In this document: one piece after another, positions 38,158 through 48,195 of the stretch
Numbering within the stretch: position 1 is the first letter of the stretch
How the letters are laid out: every line of letters starts with the position of its first letter
Origin: an uncultured Chloroflexia bacterium
GTDB taxonomy: Bacteria > Chloroflexota > Limnocylindria > Limnocylindrales > CSP1-4
Length of the DNA stretch: 64,000 bases
Reading direction: 5' to 3'
NCBI GenBank assembly: GCA_963819655.1
Contig: CAWFXA010000001.1
Span: forward strand, 160,001-224,000
Program-made: the position numbers and the translations under genes
Notes under the pieces: generated by a model
The model's input: only the letters and a program-made list of their open reading frames with translations
Database searches by the model: none
What the model was told of the DNA's origin: nothing

Positions 38158-38850
38158 ATGTCGACGCCGTCGCTGCCATCGTGGGTCGCCATCGCCGACG
38201 GCGGGCCGGTCATGCACCTCATCGACGTCGTGGGGATGCGGACGATCCATGCCACAGCGGATCCCGCCGAGTTCGCCGAGATGCTGCGGTCGACCCGCCC
38301 GCGCATCGCGATCATCGGCACGCCTCCGGCCGGCGCCGATGAGGTCGCCGCCGCGCTCCGCGAACGCCGCCGCCGACCTGCGTTGCGGATCGTGGTGGTC
38401 AGCCCGTCGGAGGCCATCGCCGAGCGGCTCGAGGCGCTGCGTGCGGGCGCCGACGAAGCCCACCCCGACACCATCGACCCGGCCGAGCTCGGCGCACGAC
38501 TCGCCCTCCTCGAGGAGCGCACGCGTCCGCGCCACGATGCTGTGCTCATCGTGACCGACGACACCGAGCTCGACCTGGTCGCCCATGAGGTCCGTCGCGC
38601 TGGCTCGCTGATCCATCTGCGCCCGAAGGAGTTCCAGCTGCTGGCCATGCTGGCGGCGCATCCCGGCCGGGCCTACTCGCGACGGCAATTGCTCGACCGC
38701 GTGTGGGGTCCGAACCACGACGGCGACCCACGCACCGTCGACGTCCATATCCGCTGGCTTCGAAGCAAGATCGAGCCACAGCCGGATGTGCCGACCCACC
38801 TCGTCACGGTGCGGGGCGTCGGCTATCGGCTGGATCCCAGCCCGCGTTGA
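38158..38850 (+). CDS. OmpR/PhoB-family regulator with degenerate receiver domain
   Basis: wHTH RTVDVHIRWLRSKIE...TVRGVGYR; receiver lacks phospho-Asp (RIAIIG) and conserved Lys. Confidence 0.87.
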   Translation: MSTPSLPSWVAIADGGPVMHLIDVVGMRTIHATADPAEFAEMLRSTRPRIAIIGTPPAGADEVAAALRERRRRPALRIVVVSPSEAIAERLEALRAGADEAHPDTIDPAELGARLALLEERTRPRHDAVLIVTDDTELDLVAHEVRRAGSLIHLRPKEFQLLAMLAAHPGRAYSRRQLLDRVWGPNHDGDPRTVDVHIRWLRSKIEPQPDVPTHLVTVRGVGYRLDPSPR

Positions 38851-38893
38851 TCGCCCAGGGTCACCGACGCCGGGACACGACCGCCATCCGTCG

Positions 38894-39112
38894 CTAGCGG
38901 CGCGGTCGCTTTGTGTCCCGTCGCAGGAGGCCCTCGACTTCCCGTGTGACCGAGTCGTGCGCGTCCAGGTACCGGTCGAACAGGCGCTCGACGGTGCGCA
39001 TCTCGCGTGCCGCGAGTGGGCTACCGGAGGGACGCTCATCGAAGAATTGTCGAAGCCCGACGATGGCGTCCAGCAGGTCGTCGACCTGCCTGGACCAGCT
39101 CACGATGTCCAC
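38894..39112 (-). CDS. Small hypothetical helical protein (72 aa)
   Basis: GAGGAG SD before GTG; protein-like composition; fills intergenic gap divergent from pstS. Confidence 0.5.
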   Translation of the reverse strand: MDIVSWSRQVDDLLDAIVGLRQFFDERPSGSPLAAREMRTVERLFDRYLDAHDSVTREVEGLLRRDTKRPRR

Positions 39113-39231
39113 GACCCCTCCTCGATCCCCGCGAGCCGGCACCTGTTCGGGCGCGGCAGGCGAACGATAGCGACAACGTGCTAAACGCGCCCGAGCGTGG
39201 ACCGGCCACCCCCCGTTCGGTTCGGGTCGGC

Positions 39232-39270
39232 GTTAACGGTCCCTTAACCGCTCGAAAAGCGACCGTTGAT
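39232..39270 (+). promoter_or_regulatory. PHO-box-like repeats upstream of pstS
   Basis: GTTAAC (39232), CTTAAC (39243), GTTGAT (39265) in 11-bp register. Confidence 0.6.
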
Positions 39271-39365
39271 GCCCTCTCTCCATCGTCGTGGCGTCAGACA
39301 GGAAGGAAATCGTCCGAGCACGTCCGCGCCCACACGGCTATGGCCGACCTAGGAGGAACCATCGA

Positions 39366-40386
39366 GTGACCATCACGAGTCCCAAGCGCCTCGGGGCATT
39401 GGCCCTGGTGGCAGCATTCATGCTCGGCGCATGTTCGGGCGGCGGCGGAGCCACCACCGCCCCCAGCACCGCTCCGGGATCGGCGGCGCCGGAAAGCGTC
39501 GCGCCCGAGAGCTCGGCACCTGCCCTGTCGGGCTCGGTGACGATCGATGGCTCGAGCACCGTGTTCCCGATCACCGCGGCCGTCGCTGAGGACTTCCAGA
39601 TCGCCAATCCCGGCGTCCAGGCGTCAGTCGCGCTGTCGGGCACCGGCGGCGGGTTCAAGAAGTTCTGCGTCGGCGAGACCGACATCAACGATGCCTCGCG
39701 CCCGATCAAGGCCGAGGATGAGGGTGAGGGCCTGGCCTGCACGGCGAACAACATCGAGTTCGTCGAGCTCCAGATCGCCATCGACGGCCTGACTGTCGTG
39801 GTGAACCCCGCGAACACCTTCGCGACATGCCTGACCGTGGAAGAGCTGGCCAAGATCTACGGGCCGGACTCCCCGCAGGACCTCAAGTGGAGCGACGTTC
39901 GCGCCGACTTCCCGGCCGATGCGGTCAACCGGTTCATGCCGGGCGCCGACTCGGGGACGTTCGACTACTTCACCGAGGTCATCAACGGTGAGGTCGACGC
40001 TGCGACGCAGCACGCGACCGTAGTCCGAGGATGACAACGTGCTCGTGACCGGCGTCGCCAACGATACGAATGCGATCTCGTTCTTCGGCTACGCCTACTA
40101 CGTCGAGAACACCGACAAGCTCAAGGCGGTCGAGGTCGACGGCGGCTCCGGCTGCGTCGCTCCGACCGAGGCGACGATCAACGACAACAGCTACGCCCCG
40201 CTCAGCCGCCCGCTGTTCATCTACCCGGATGTCGGCAAGGCGAAGGCGCGCCCGGAGCTGAAGGGGTTCGTCGACTTCTACTTCGAGAATGGCTCGGCGC
40301 TCGCCGCCGAGGTCGGCTACGTCCAGTTGCCTGACGACCTCCTCCAGAAGGAGAAGGACGAGTGGGCGGCCGCCGTCGGCGGCTGA
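39366..40386 (+). CDS. pstS: Phosphate-binding lipoprotein PstS, interrupted by a +1 frameshift at ~40020-40023
   Basis: LGAC lipobox, IDGSSTVFP, GTGGGFKKFC, DSGTFDYF; continues in another frame as SEDDNVLV...FGYAYY...PLSRPLFIY. Confidence 0.9.
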
Positions 40387-40410
40387 TCAAGCGAGCACAT
40401 CCCTCCTCCA

Positions 40411-40449
40411 CGCGGATGCCGGCCCAGCTCGGATGGGCCGGCATCCGCG
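40411..40449 (+). promoter_or_regulatory. 16-bp perfect stem-loop between pstS and pstC (mRNA stabiliser or attenuator)
   Basis: cgcggatgccggccca-N7-tgggccggcatccgcg. Confidence 0.7.
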
Positions 40450-40527
40450 CGCTCCTCAGCCCCTGTCCCATCCCGTTTTCGTGACGTACGCTACGGCCCC
40501 CGATCCTGACGAGGAGCGTCACATCGC

Positions 40528-41442
40528 ATGACTGCCGCTGCCAGACCCCTGACGCGACGACGGCCGGTGTCCGAACGGATCATCGAGACCCTGCTGTTCC
40601 TGGCAGCGACCCTCGGGGTCGTCACGACCGGCGGCATCGTCCTCGTCCTCGCCTTCCAGACGATCCAGTTCTTCCTCGAGATCAGCCCGCTCGAATTCTT
40701 CACGGGCACCACGTGGTCGGCCGGCATCCGGCCCTACGCGTGGGGCGTCCTCCCGCTCGTGTCGGGCACCCTCCTCGTGGCCGGGATCGCCATGCTGATC
40801 GCGGTCCCGCTCGGGCTCCTATCCGCGATCCTGCTGGCCGACTATGCGTCCCCCCGCGTCCGGACCATCGTCAAGCCCGTTCTGGAGACGATCGCCGGCA
40901 TCCCGACCATCGTCTTCGGCTTCTTCGCTATCAACTTCCTCGCACCGCAGATCCTCATCCCGATCATCGGCCGGGGCAACATCGGGGGTTTCTCCGCGCT
41001 GTCAGGGGGCATCGTGGTCGGCTTGCTGATCACGCCGCTGATCGCCTCGATCTCGGAGGATTCGATGCGTGCGGTCCCGCGCGGCATGCGCGAAGGCGCC
41101 TACGCGATGGGCGCCACGAAGTTCGAAGTCGTCCGGAAGGTCGTCTTCCCCGCCGCCCTCTCGGGGATCATGGCGTCGATCATCCTGGCGGCGAGCCGGG
41201 CGATCGGTGAGACGATGGCGGTCTCGCTGGCGGTCGGTGACAAGCCCCAACTCACCTTCGACCCGACGGAGAGCGTGCAGACGATGACGGCGTTCATCGC
41301 CCAGATCGCGATCGGGGAGACCGCCCAGGGGTCGATCCAGTTCAAGTCGTTGTTCGCCGTCGCCGCGACGCTGTTCGCGATCACGTTGGTCCTCAACCTG
41401 CTGAGCGGCTGGGTCGTTCGCAGGTTCCGGACGGTCTACTGA
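40528..41442 (+). CDS. pstC: Phosphate ABC permease PstC
   Basis: LETIAGIPTIVFGFF, EGAYAMGATK, SRAIGETMAV. Confidence 0.95.
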   Translation: MTAAARPLTRRRPVSERIIETLLFLAATLGVVTTGGIVLVLAFQTIQFFLEISPLEFFTGTTWSAGIRPYAWGVLPLVSGTLLVAGIAMLIAVPLGLLSAILLADYASPRVRTIVKPVLETIAGIPTIVFGFFAINFLAPQILIPIIGRGNIGGFSALSGGIVVGLLITPLIASISEDSMRAVPRGMREGAYAMGATKFEVVRKVVFPAALSGIMASIILAASRAIGETMAVSLAVGDKPQLTFDPTESVQTMTAFIAQIAIGETAQGSIQFKSLFAVAATLFAITLVLNLLSGWVVRRFRTVY

Positions 41443-42347
41443 TGGCCACCAGCGCACCCACCGCGGTCCCCGCACCGGAGATCAGGTTCGAGCCTGCCCT
41501 CATGCGCCGCAAGCTGACCGGCTCGCTGTTCTACGGCGCATGCCTGTTCGCGATCGGCATCCTGCTCCTCTCGCTCGTCATGCTGCTCTACGACGTGCTC
41601 GTCCGCGGTCTGCCGTGGCTCGATCCCCAGTTCATCACGGGTGTGCCGTCAAGACGTCCAGAGAATGCCGGGATCCTGCCGGCCCTCGTCGGTTCCCTCC
41701 AGATCGGCATCATCGTCGGGGCCATCACGTTCCCGGTCGGCGTCGCAGCGGCCATCTACCTGACGGAATACGCGTCCGATAGCTGGGTCAACCGACTGCT
41801 GCAGACCAACATCAGCAACCTGGCCGGTGTGCCCTCGATCATCTACGGCATCCTGGGCCTCGCCGTCTTCGTCCGCATCTTTTCCCTCGGCCCCACGATC
41901 CTTTCCGCGGGATTGACCCTGACGCTGCTCATCCTGCCTGTCGTGATCATCGCGTCCATCGAGGCGATCAGGGCCGTCCCGGGGGCGCAGCGCGAGGGCG
42001 CCTATGCGCTCGGGGCGACGCGCTGGCAGATGGTCCGCGGCTCGGTCCTCCCCGCCGCGGCGCCGGGGATCATGACCGGCATCATCCTCGCGATGGCACG
42101 CGCCATCGGAGAGGCGGCACCGCTCATCCTGATCGGGGCCTTCGCGTTCGTGACGTTCATCCCGAACCCGATCTCGGGTGGCTACACCGTCCTGCCGATC
42201 CAGATCTTCGACTGGGCACGCCGGCCGCAGGCCGACTTCGCCGCGATCGCCTCCGCGGCGATCATCGTGATCCTGATCCTGATGCTCGTCCTCAATGCCC
42301 TCGCGCTCATCGTTCGCGTGCGGCTGTCGAGGCATATCCAGTGGTAG
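41442..42347 (+). CDS. pstA: Phosphate ABC permease PstA
   Basis: [29 protein letters not shown]. Confidence 0.95.
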   Translation: MATSAPTAVPAPEIRFEPALMRRKLTGSLFYGACLFAIGILLLSLVMLLYDVLVRGLPWLDPQFITGVPSRRPENAGILPALVGSLQIGIIVGAITFPVGVAAAIYLTEYASDSWVNRLLQTNISNLAGVPSIIYGILGLAVFVRIFSLGPTILSAGLTLTLLILPVVIIASIEAIRAVPGAQREGAYALGATRWQMVRGSVLPAAAPGIMTGIILAMARAIGEAAPLILIGAFAFVTFIPNPISGGYTVLPIQIFDWARRPQADFAAIASAAIIVILILMLVLNALALIVRVRLSRHIQW

Positions 42348-43237
42348 AGGAGAACCCCGTGCAAGCCCAGGTCTCGGAGACGCCCGTGCGCGAATCGTCC
42401 ACGGACGGTACCGGGCGCACGATCAGCATCGCAGCGACAGCCCGCGACGCATCGGCCGAACCCCAGGCCGAGCCGGAATACATCGTCGAGCTCCAGGACG
42501 TGTCCTGCTACTACGGTTCGTTCAGGGCCGTGCGCAACGTCGACATCAAGGTCGCCAAGAACGCGATCACGGCGTTGATCGGGCCGTCCGGCTGCGGCAA
42601 GTCGACGCTGCTCCGCACGGTCAATCGCATGAACGACCTGATCCCGTCGTATCGCTCCGAGGGGCGCATCCTGCTCGACCAGCAGGACCTGTTCGGGAAG
42701 AACGTCGACCCGGTCGCGGTCCGCCGTCGGGTCGGGATGGTCTTCCAGAAGCCCAACCCGTTCCCCAAGACCGTCTGGGAGAACGTCGCCTTCGGGCCCA
42801 AGATCAACGGCTACAAGGGCGACCTCAACGAATTGGTCGAGCGCAGCCTCCGCCGCGCGGCCTTGTGGGACGACGTCAAGGACAAGCTCAAGCAGTCGGG
42901 CATGGCTCTATCCGGCGGGCAGCAGCAGCGCCTGTGCATCGCCCGGACGATCGCCGTGGACCCGGAGGTCATCCTGATGGACGAGCCGTGCTCGTCTCTG
43001 GACCCCCGCTCCACCCTGCAGATCGAGGAGCTGATGGTCGAGCTCAAGCGCGAGTACACGATCGTCATCGTGACCCACAACATGCAGCAGGCCGCTCGGG
43101 CGTCGGACACCACGGTATTCATGACGATGGGCGACGATCGGGCCGGCTACGTCGTCGAGCAGGCGCCCACGGTTGAAATCTTCACGAATCCGAAGAACCA
43201 GCTGACCGAAGACTACGTGTCCGGTCGGTTCGGATAG
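42341..43237 (+). CDS. pstB: Phosphate ABC ATPase PstB
   Basis: [45 protein letters not shown]. Confidence 0.97.
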   Translation: MVEENPVQAQVSETPVRESSTDGTGRTISIAATARDASAEPQAEPEYIVELQDVSCYYGSFRAVRNVDIKVAKNAITALIGPSGCGKSTLLRTVNRMNDLIPSYRSEGRILLDQQDLFGKNVDPVAVRRRVGMVFQKPNPFPKTVWENVAFGPKINGYKGDLNELVERSLRRAALWDDVKDKLKQSGMALSGGQQQRLCIARTIAVDPEVILMDEPCSSLDPRSTLQIEELMVELKREYTIVIVTHNMQQAARASDTTVFMTMGDDRAGYVVEQAPTVEIFTNPKNQLTEDYVSGRFG

Positions 43238-43248
43238 GGTTGGATGAG

Positions 43249-44004
43249 ATGACTGAACCGCGAAACCGACCTGAGACGCCCACCGTCGACCAGCAGGTCG
43301 AACGACTCTTGCAGGAGGGCCGGCCCGAGGAGCCGACCGACGGGCCGGCGCGACGTGACACGCTCGATGTCCAGGAACAGGAGATCAAGGACGCCGTCCT
43401 GCGCATGGGGGCGCTCGTCGAGGAGGCCATCCGACGCGCCGCGCAGTCGCTGGTCGACCATGACGCCGAGCTCGCGCTGGACGTCATCAAGGGCGACGTT
43501 CGGATCAACGATGCCCAGCGCGAGGTCTCGCGCATGATCAGCGTCGCCATCGCGACGCAACAGCCCGTGGCCCGCGACCTGCGCTACTTGCTCACGCTGG
43601 ATCACGTGACCTACGAGCTCGAACGCATCGGTGACCATGCCGGATCCCTTGCCAAACAGGTCCGCAAGCTCGCCCCCGAGCCGCCCCTTGCCGACTACGT
43701 CAAGCTGCCGGAGATGGCCGAGCGGTCAGCGGTCCTCGTCCACGGTGTCCTGCGCGCGCTGGTCGACGCCGATGCGGTCGCCGCGCGCGAGGTCGCGGTG
43801 CTCGACGACGACATCGACCGGCTGTACCACGCGACCTTCGAGGAGGTCGTGGAGCTGATGCGAGCCGATCCGGCGAACGTGGAGCGCGGGACCCGGATCA
43901 TCATCGCGTCGCACTACATCGAGCGGATCGGTGACCGCTCGACGAACATCGCCGAGGACATCGTCTATCTGGTCACCGGCGACGTCGAGGACCTGAACCC
44001 GTGA
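43249..44004 (+). CDS. phoU: Phosphate signalling protein PhoU
   Basis: [27 protein letters not shown]...NIAE. Confidence 0.95.
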   Translation: MTEPRNRPETPTVDQQVERLLQEGRPEEPTDGPARRDTLDVQEQEIKDAVLRMGALVEEAIRRAAQSLVDHDAELALDVIKGDVRINDAQREVSRMISVAIATQQPVARDLRYLLTLDHVTYELERIGDHAGSLAKQVRKLAPEPPLADYVKLPEMAERSAVLVHGVLRALVDADAVAAREVAVLDDDIDRLYHATFEEVVELMRADPANVERGTRIIIASHYIERIGDRSTNIAEDIVYLVTGDVEDLNP

Positions 44005-44477
44005 CCGACCCGTCCGGCGACCGGGCGGGCGGGGCGATTCGCGTCCTGTTCGTCTGCACCGGGAATTCGGCGCGGAGCATCATGGCCGAGACCCTCTTGC
44101 GCCATCACGGCGGCGACCGGTTCGAGGTGTACAGCGCCGGCACCCACCCGCGCGGCATCAACCCGCTCACCCTGCGCGTGCTCGACGAGGCCGGCATCGA
44201 CACGACAGGAGTGCGCTCGAAGTCGGTCAACGAGTATCTCGGTCAGGAGTTCGATCACGTCGTCACCGTCTGTGACGAGGCGCGCCAGGTCTGTCCCGTG
44301 TTCCCCGGCGTCCACGAGTCGCTGCACTGGGGCTACGAGGATCCTGCGGAGGCCGTGGGCACCGAGGAGGAGCGCCTGGCCGTGTTCCGGCGGGTGTTCA
44401 TCCAGATCGGCGAGCGTGTCCGCCAGTTCGCGACGGTGACGACCCGCGCGGCCCGGGAGGCAGGGCGGCCCGCCTGA
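44001..44477 (+). CDS. arsC: Thioredoxin-type arsenate reductase (LMW-PTP fold)
   Basis: CTGNSARS P-loop, TVCDEARQVCP redox Cys pair, HWGYEDPA. Confidence 0.88.
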   Translation: MTDPSGDRAGGAIRVLFVCTGNSARSIMAETLLRHHGGDRFEVYSAGTHPRGINPLTLRVLDEAGIDTTGVRSKSVNEYLGQEFDHVVTVCDEARQVCPVFPGVHESLHWGYEDPAEAVGTEEERLAVFRRVFIQIGERVRQFATVTTRAAREAGRPA

Positions 44478-44956
44478 TGCTGCTCGACCTGCTGCGTCAC
44501 GCCGACGCGGGTGACCCGATGGCGTGGGAGGGCCCGGACGCCGCACGGCCGATCAGCGACAAGGGCAGGAAGCAGGCCAAGCGGTTGGGCGACCATCTGC
44601 GGTCGATCGGGTTCGAGACCGAGGCGGTGATCACGTCGCCGAGGCTGCGTGCGGCGCAGACTGCCGAGATCGTTGCGGATCGCATCGATATGACGGTGAT
44701 CGAGGACGAGCGCGTCGCCGGTCCCCTCGATCTCGAGACCGTGGAGGAGATCCTGCACGATGCAGGCGACCCCGACCGGGCCGTGCTGGTCGGTCACGAT
44801 CCGGACTTCAGCGAGCTCCTCTCGGTCCTGTGCGCTGCCGCCGGCGTCACGATGCGCAAGGGTGCGCTGGCGCGTATCGAGATCGATCGGCCGCTGCACG
44901 CCGGTGGCGGCACGCTCCGCTGGCTGCTCCCGCCCGACGCCCTGAAGGAACGCTAG
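44477..44956 (+). CDS. sixA: SixA-like phosphohistidine phosphatase
   Basis: LLRHADA, TSPRLRAAQTA, LVGHDP. Confidence 0.85.
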   Translation: MLLDLLRHADAGDPMAWEGPDAARPISDKGRKQAKRLGDHLRSIGFETEAVITSPRLRAAQTAEIVADRIDMTVIEDERVAGPLDLETVEEILHDAGDPDRAVLVGHDPDFSELLSVLCAAAGVTMRKGALARIEIDRPLHAGGGTLRWLLPPDALKER

Positions 44957-44963
44957 GCGTCGT

Positions 44964-45332
44964 TCAGGCGGTCGCGGGCGCGATCGGGAGCGGCCGCCGA
45001 CCGCGGCGTGCAACGAGGTCGTCGGCACGGATCAGACCAGTCGGGACCAGGTCGCGGGCGATCCCGCTCAGCCGCTCGGCGGCGTCCGGCGCGAGGCGGT
45101 AGAAGATCCACTGCCCGCGCCGCTCCGAGGTCACCACACCGGCCTCGCGCAGCACCCGCAGGTGGTGGGAGACGGTCGGCTGGCCGACGTCGCAGCAACT
45201 CGTGAAATCGCACGCGCAGGTCTCGGTCTCCGCAGCCAGCTGACGGACGATCGCCAGGCGCGTCGGATCGGCGAGGGCCGCGAGCAGCCGCACGTCGGGA
45301 TCGAGCGGCGTCGTTTTCGTGGTTCGTGCCAT
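44964..45332 (-). CDS. arsR: ArsR/SmtB family repressor
   Basis: ALADPTRLAI, CACDF..CC, QPTVSHHLRVLR; TATATT 6 nt upstream of ATG. Confidence 0.9.
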   Translation of the reverse strand: MARTTKTTPLDPDVRLLAALADPTRLAIVRQLAAETETCACDFTSCCDVGQPTVSHHLRVLREAGVVTSERRGQWIFYRLAPDAAERLSGIARDLVPTGLIRADDLVARRGRRPLPIAPATA

Positions 45333-45342
45333 GAGGGCAATA

Positions 45343-45376
45343 TATCGATGGGTTTCTATATTGACAAGTATCGATA
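45343..45376. promoter_or_regulatory. ArsR operator (two tandem imperfect palindromes) in the arsR/arsM divergent promoter
   Basis: tatcga-N6-tctata and tattga-N6-tcgata; contains TTGACA. Confidence 0.65.
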
Positions 45377-45440
45377 CGGCGGCCAGCATATCGACACACC
45401 GTGTCGCTACCCCGACGATCCCGCACCCGAGGAGACCGCC

Positions 45441-46304
45441 ATGAACGTCGAGTCGATCACCGACGAGGTCCGCGCCCGGTACGCGGACACGGCCCGAGCG
45501 CTCCTGCGCCGAGAGGCCGTCCCACGGGACGTCGCCGGTTCGTGCTGCGGGCCCACGGGCGAGGCGGCCTGGGGTGACGCCCTGTACGACGCGACCCAAC
45601 GGGCCTCGCTGCCCGAAACGGCCGTCCTGGCGAGCCTCGGCTGCGGCAACCCGACCGCGGTGGCCGAGCTGAGGGAGGGCGAGGTCGTCCTTGACCTCGG
45701 GTCGGGCGGTGGCATCGATGTGCTGCTGTCGGCGACGCGGGTCGGTCCGACCGGCTTCGTGTACGGGCTCGACATGACCGACGAGATGCTCGAGCTCGCG
45801 CGCCACAACGCGGCCGAGGCGGGCGCCACGAACGTCGAGTTCCGCAGGGGCCGGATCGAATCGATCCCGCTCGGTGACGCGTCGGTCGACGTGGTGATCA
45901 GCAACTGTGTCGTGAACCTGTCGGCGGACAAGGCCGCCGTGCTGGCTGAGGTCGCGCGCGTCCTCCGGCCCGGCGGGCGCGTGGGTATCAGCGACGTCGT
46001 CGCGGACGACGCCCTGACTCCCGAGCAGCGCGCAGAGCGTGGCTCGTTCGTCGGGTGTATCGCGGGTGCCCTGTCGTTCGGCGAGTACCGTGCGGGCCTC
46101 GAAGCCGTGGGCCTCGTGGACATCTCGGTCACCCCGACACACAGCGTCGGCGACGGGCTCCATGGCGCGATCGTCAAGGCCACGAAACCGGCGAGCTGGA
46201 CGCTCGCCTCCGTCCGCTCCGTCGAGCTGCCGCGGCCCACCACGATCGGTCTGCCCGTCCTGGCCGATGGCTCCGGCTGTTGTGGTGCGGGCGGCTGCTG
46301 CTGA
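45441..46304 (+). CDS. arsM: Arsenite methyltransferase
   Basis: SCCG, SLGCGNP, LDLGSGGGID, ISNCVVNL, GCIAGA; C-terminal CC pairs. Confidence 0.92.
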   Translation: MNVESITDEVRARYADTARALLRREAVPRDVAGSCCGPTGEAAWGDALYDATQRASLPETAVLASLGCGNPTAVAELREGEVVLDLGSGGGIDVLLSATRVGPTGFVYGLDMTDEMLELARHNAAEAGATNVEFRRGRIESIPLGDASVDVVISNCVVNLSADKAAVLAEVARVLRPGGRVGISDVVADDALTPEQRAERGSFVGCIAGALSFGEYRAGLEAVGLVDISVTPTHSVGDGLHGAIVKATKPASWTLASVRSVELPRPTTIGLPVLADGSGCCGAGGCC

Positions 46305-46311
46305 CCCTGCC

Positions 46312-47517
46312 TTAGTCGCCCGCCGCGGTCGGGAACGGCAGGGCGATCGGATCGGTCGCGAGCCGGCTCCGCCCCTCCGCGTCGAACCGGTCGAGGCCCA
46401 GATCCGCCACGTCGATGAGGTCGCTGCCACCGTGGAGGACGATGTCCGCGGCGACCCGCGCGACGCCCGGGCCCCACATCATCCCGTGACCGGCCGCGGA
46501 TGCGATGGTGACCCCACCGATCCGTGAGCCATCGGGCCGGATCGCCGGGCCGAGGATCGGCAGGTGGTCGGGCGTGTAGTCGATGGTCGCCGCCCAGATC
46601 TTGCGCAGGCCGAGGTCGCGGGTGATCGGCACGTAGTCTGCGAGCCGCGCGCGGTACCGCTCGTACGCCGCCCAGTCGACCTCGCGCGCCTCGCCGGGCT
46701 GCTCGTCCGGGTCGCTCCAGCCGAACAGCAGGCCACCCTCCTCGAGCCGCCAGTAGAGCCCGGCGCCGATGTCGAACACCATCGGCATCCGATCGACCGC
46801 GAACGCCTGGTGCGGCTCCAGGACCGCGACCGTGTGGCGCGCGGCGCCGGCAGGGATCCGCAGCCCGGCAAGCGCACCGACCGCCCGCAGCGACGGCCCA
46901 CCGGTCAGCAGCACGCGATCGGTCTCGATGACGCCGGCGTCGGTCTCGACCCCGACGACACGCGACAAGTCGTCGCTCAGGTGCAGCCCGATGAACGCGG
47001 TCCGCTCGCGCAGCTCGACGCCGGTCCCCTGCATGGCCAGCGAGTACGCGCGGACGTTGCGTGGCGGATCGATGTGGCCGTCGCCGTCGCGGTAGCTCCC
47101 GCCGCGGTGACCGTCGGGTGACAGCGTGCCGACGACCGTCACGGCTTCCCCCGCCGACAGCCACCGGACGTCGGTCAGGCCGGCGGCCCTCTGCATCGCC
47201 ACCCGCTCACGGCCGGCCCGCTCGTCCTCCTCGGTGACAGCCAGGATCAGGTAGCCGAGCTCGCGGAAGCCGGAATCCGTGCCGTAGGCCGCGGTCTGGC
47301 CCCGGTAGAAGTCGATCGACCAGCGTCCGAGGGCGACCGTGGCGGGCGTGCCGCCCTGGGCACGGACGATACCGGCCGCCCGCGACGAGGCGCCCATCCC
47401 CGCCAGTCCGCGCTCGATAACGACGACCCGGCCGATGCCGTCCGCGGCCGCGAACACCGACGCCCAGCCGCCGACCGTGCCTGCGCCGATCACCACGAGA
47501 TCCGCCCGCTCCGTCAT
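46312..47517 (-). CDS. FAD-dependent amine oxidase (DAO / sarcosine oxidase beta-like)
   Basis: VIGAGTVG, GASSRAAG, TPDHLPILG, GHGMMWGP. Confidence 0.88.
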   Translation of the reverse strand: MTERADLVVIGAGTVGGWASVFAAADGIGRVVVIERGLAGMGASSRAAGIVRAQGGTPATVALGRWSIDFYRGQTAAYGTDSGFRELGYLILAVTEEDERAGRERVAMQRAAGLTDVRWLSAGEAVTVVGTLSPDGHRGGSYRDGDGHIDPPRNVRAYSLAMQGTGVELRERTAFIGLHLSDDLSRVVGVETDAGVIETDRVLLTGGPSLRAVGALAGLRIPAGAARHTVAVLEPHQAFAVDRMPMVFDIGAGLYWRLEEGGLLFGWSDPDEQPGEAREVDWAAYERYRARLADYVPITRDLGLRKIWAATIDYTPDHLPILGPAIRPDGSRIGGVTIASAAGHGMMWGPGVARVAADIVLHGGSDLIDVADLGLDRFDAEGRSRLATDPIALPFPTAAGD

Positions 47518-47538
47518 CGACTTCCTCCCGGTTCTGCC

Positions 47539-48192
47539 TCAGCCGTCGAGCGCGGCGGCCTCGACGCACGCCGCGATCACCCCGAGGCGCTGCAACCGAC
47601 CGTACGTCGTCCGGCGCCGGACCGTCCACGCGGCCACCTCGAGACCCGCGCCGCGGGCCGCCGCGAGGGCACCGTGATCGATCACATGGAAGTCGACCGA
47701 GATCGCCTGGCATCCCAGCTCGACCGCCTGGCGGATCGTCGCGGCCGACAGATCCCACGCATTCAGCCAGCGCGGCCACGCCGGGGCGAGCCCGCCGACG
47801 CGCTCGAGCGTCACCGGCTCGAACGACGACACGACCGCGTTGACCAGCCCCGGGCCACGTCCCGATGCCAGGATCTCCACGACCGTCCGATCGTGCAGCC
47901 CCTTCAGGTCGATGTTCACGGTCGCCCGATGCGGGATCGGGAGAAGGGCGTCGGCCAGGGACGGGACGCCGATCTCCTCGAGATCGCGGGCGCTGACCGC
48001 GTCCACGCGGTCCGGTCGCCCGTGGACGCGCTGCAGTGACTCGTCGTGGTACAGGACCGGGACGCCGTCGGCCGACAGGCGCACGTCGAACTCGACGCCG
48101 TCGCAGCCGGGCACCGCCAGCGCGGCCTGGAGCGCGGCGAGCGTGTTCTCGGGTGCGTGCCGCCAGTCGCCGCGGTGCGCGAGCCGGAGCAT
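47539..48192 (-). CDS. Glycerophosphodiester phosphodiesterase
   Basis: AHRG...APENT, GVEFDV.LS.DGVPVL.HD, AWTV. Confidence 0.9.
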   Translation of the reverse strand: MLRLAHRGDWRHAPENTLAALQAALAVPGCDGVEFDVRLSADGVPVLYHDESLQRVHGRPDRVDAVSARDLEEIGVPSLADALLPIPHRATVNIDLKGLHDRTVVEILASGRGPGLVNAVVSSFEPVTLERVGGLAPAWPRWLNAWDLSAATIRQAVELGCQAISVDFHVIDHGALAAARGAGLEVAAWTVRRRTTYGRLQRLGVIAACVEAAALDG

Positions 48193-48195
48193 CGT

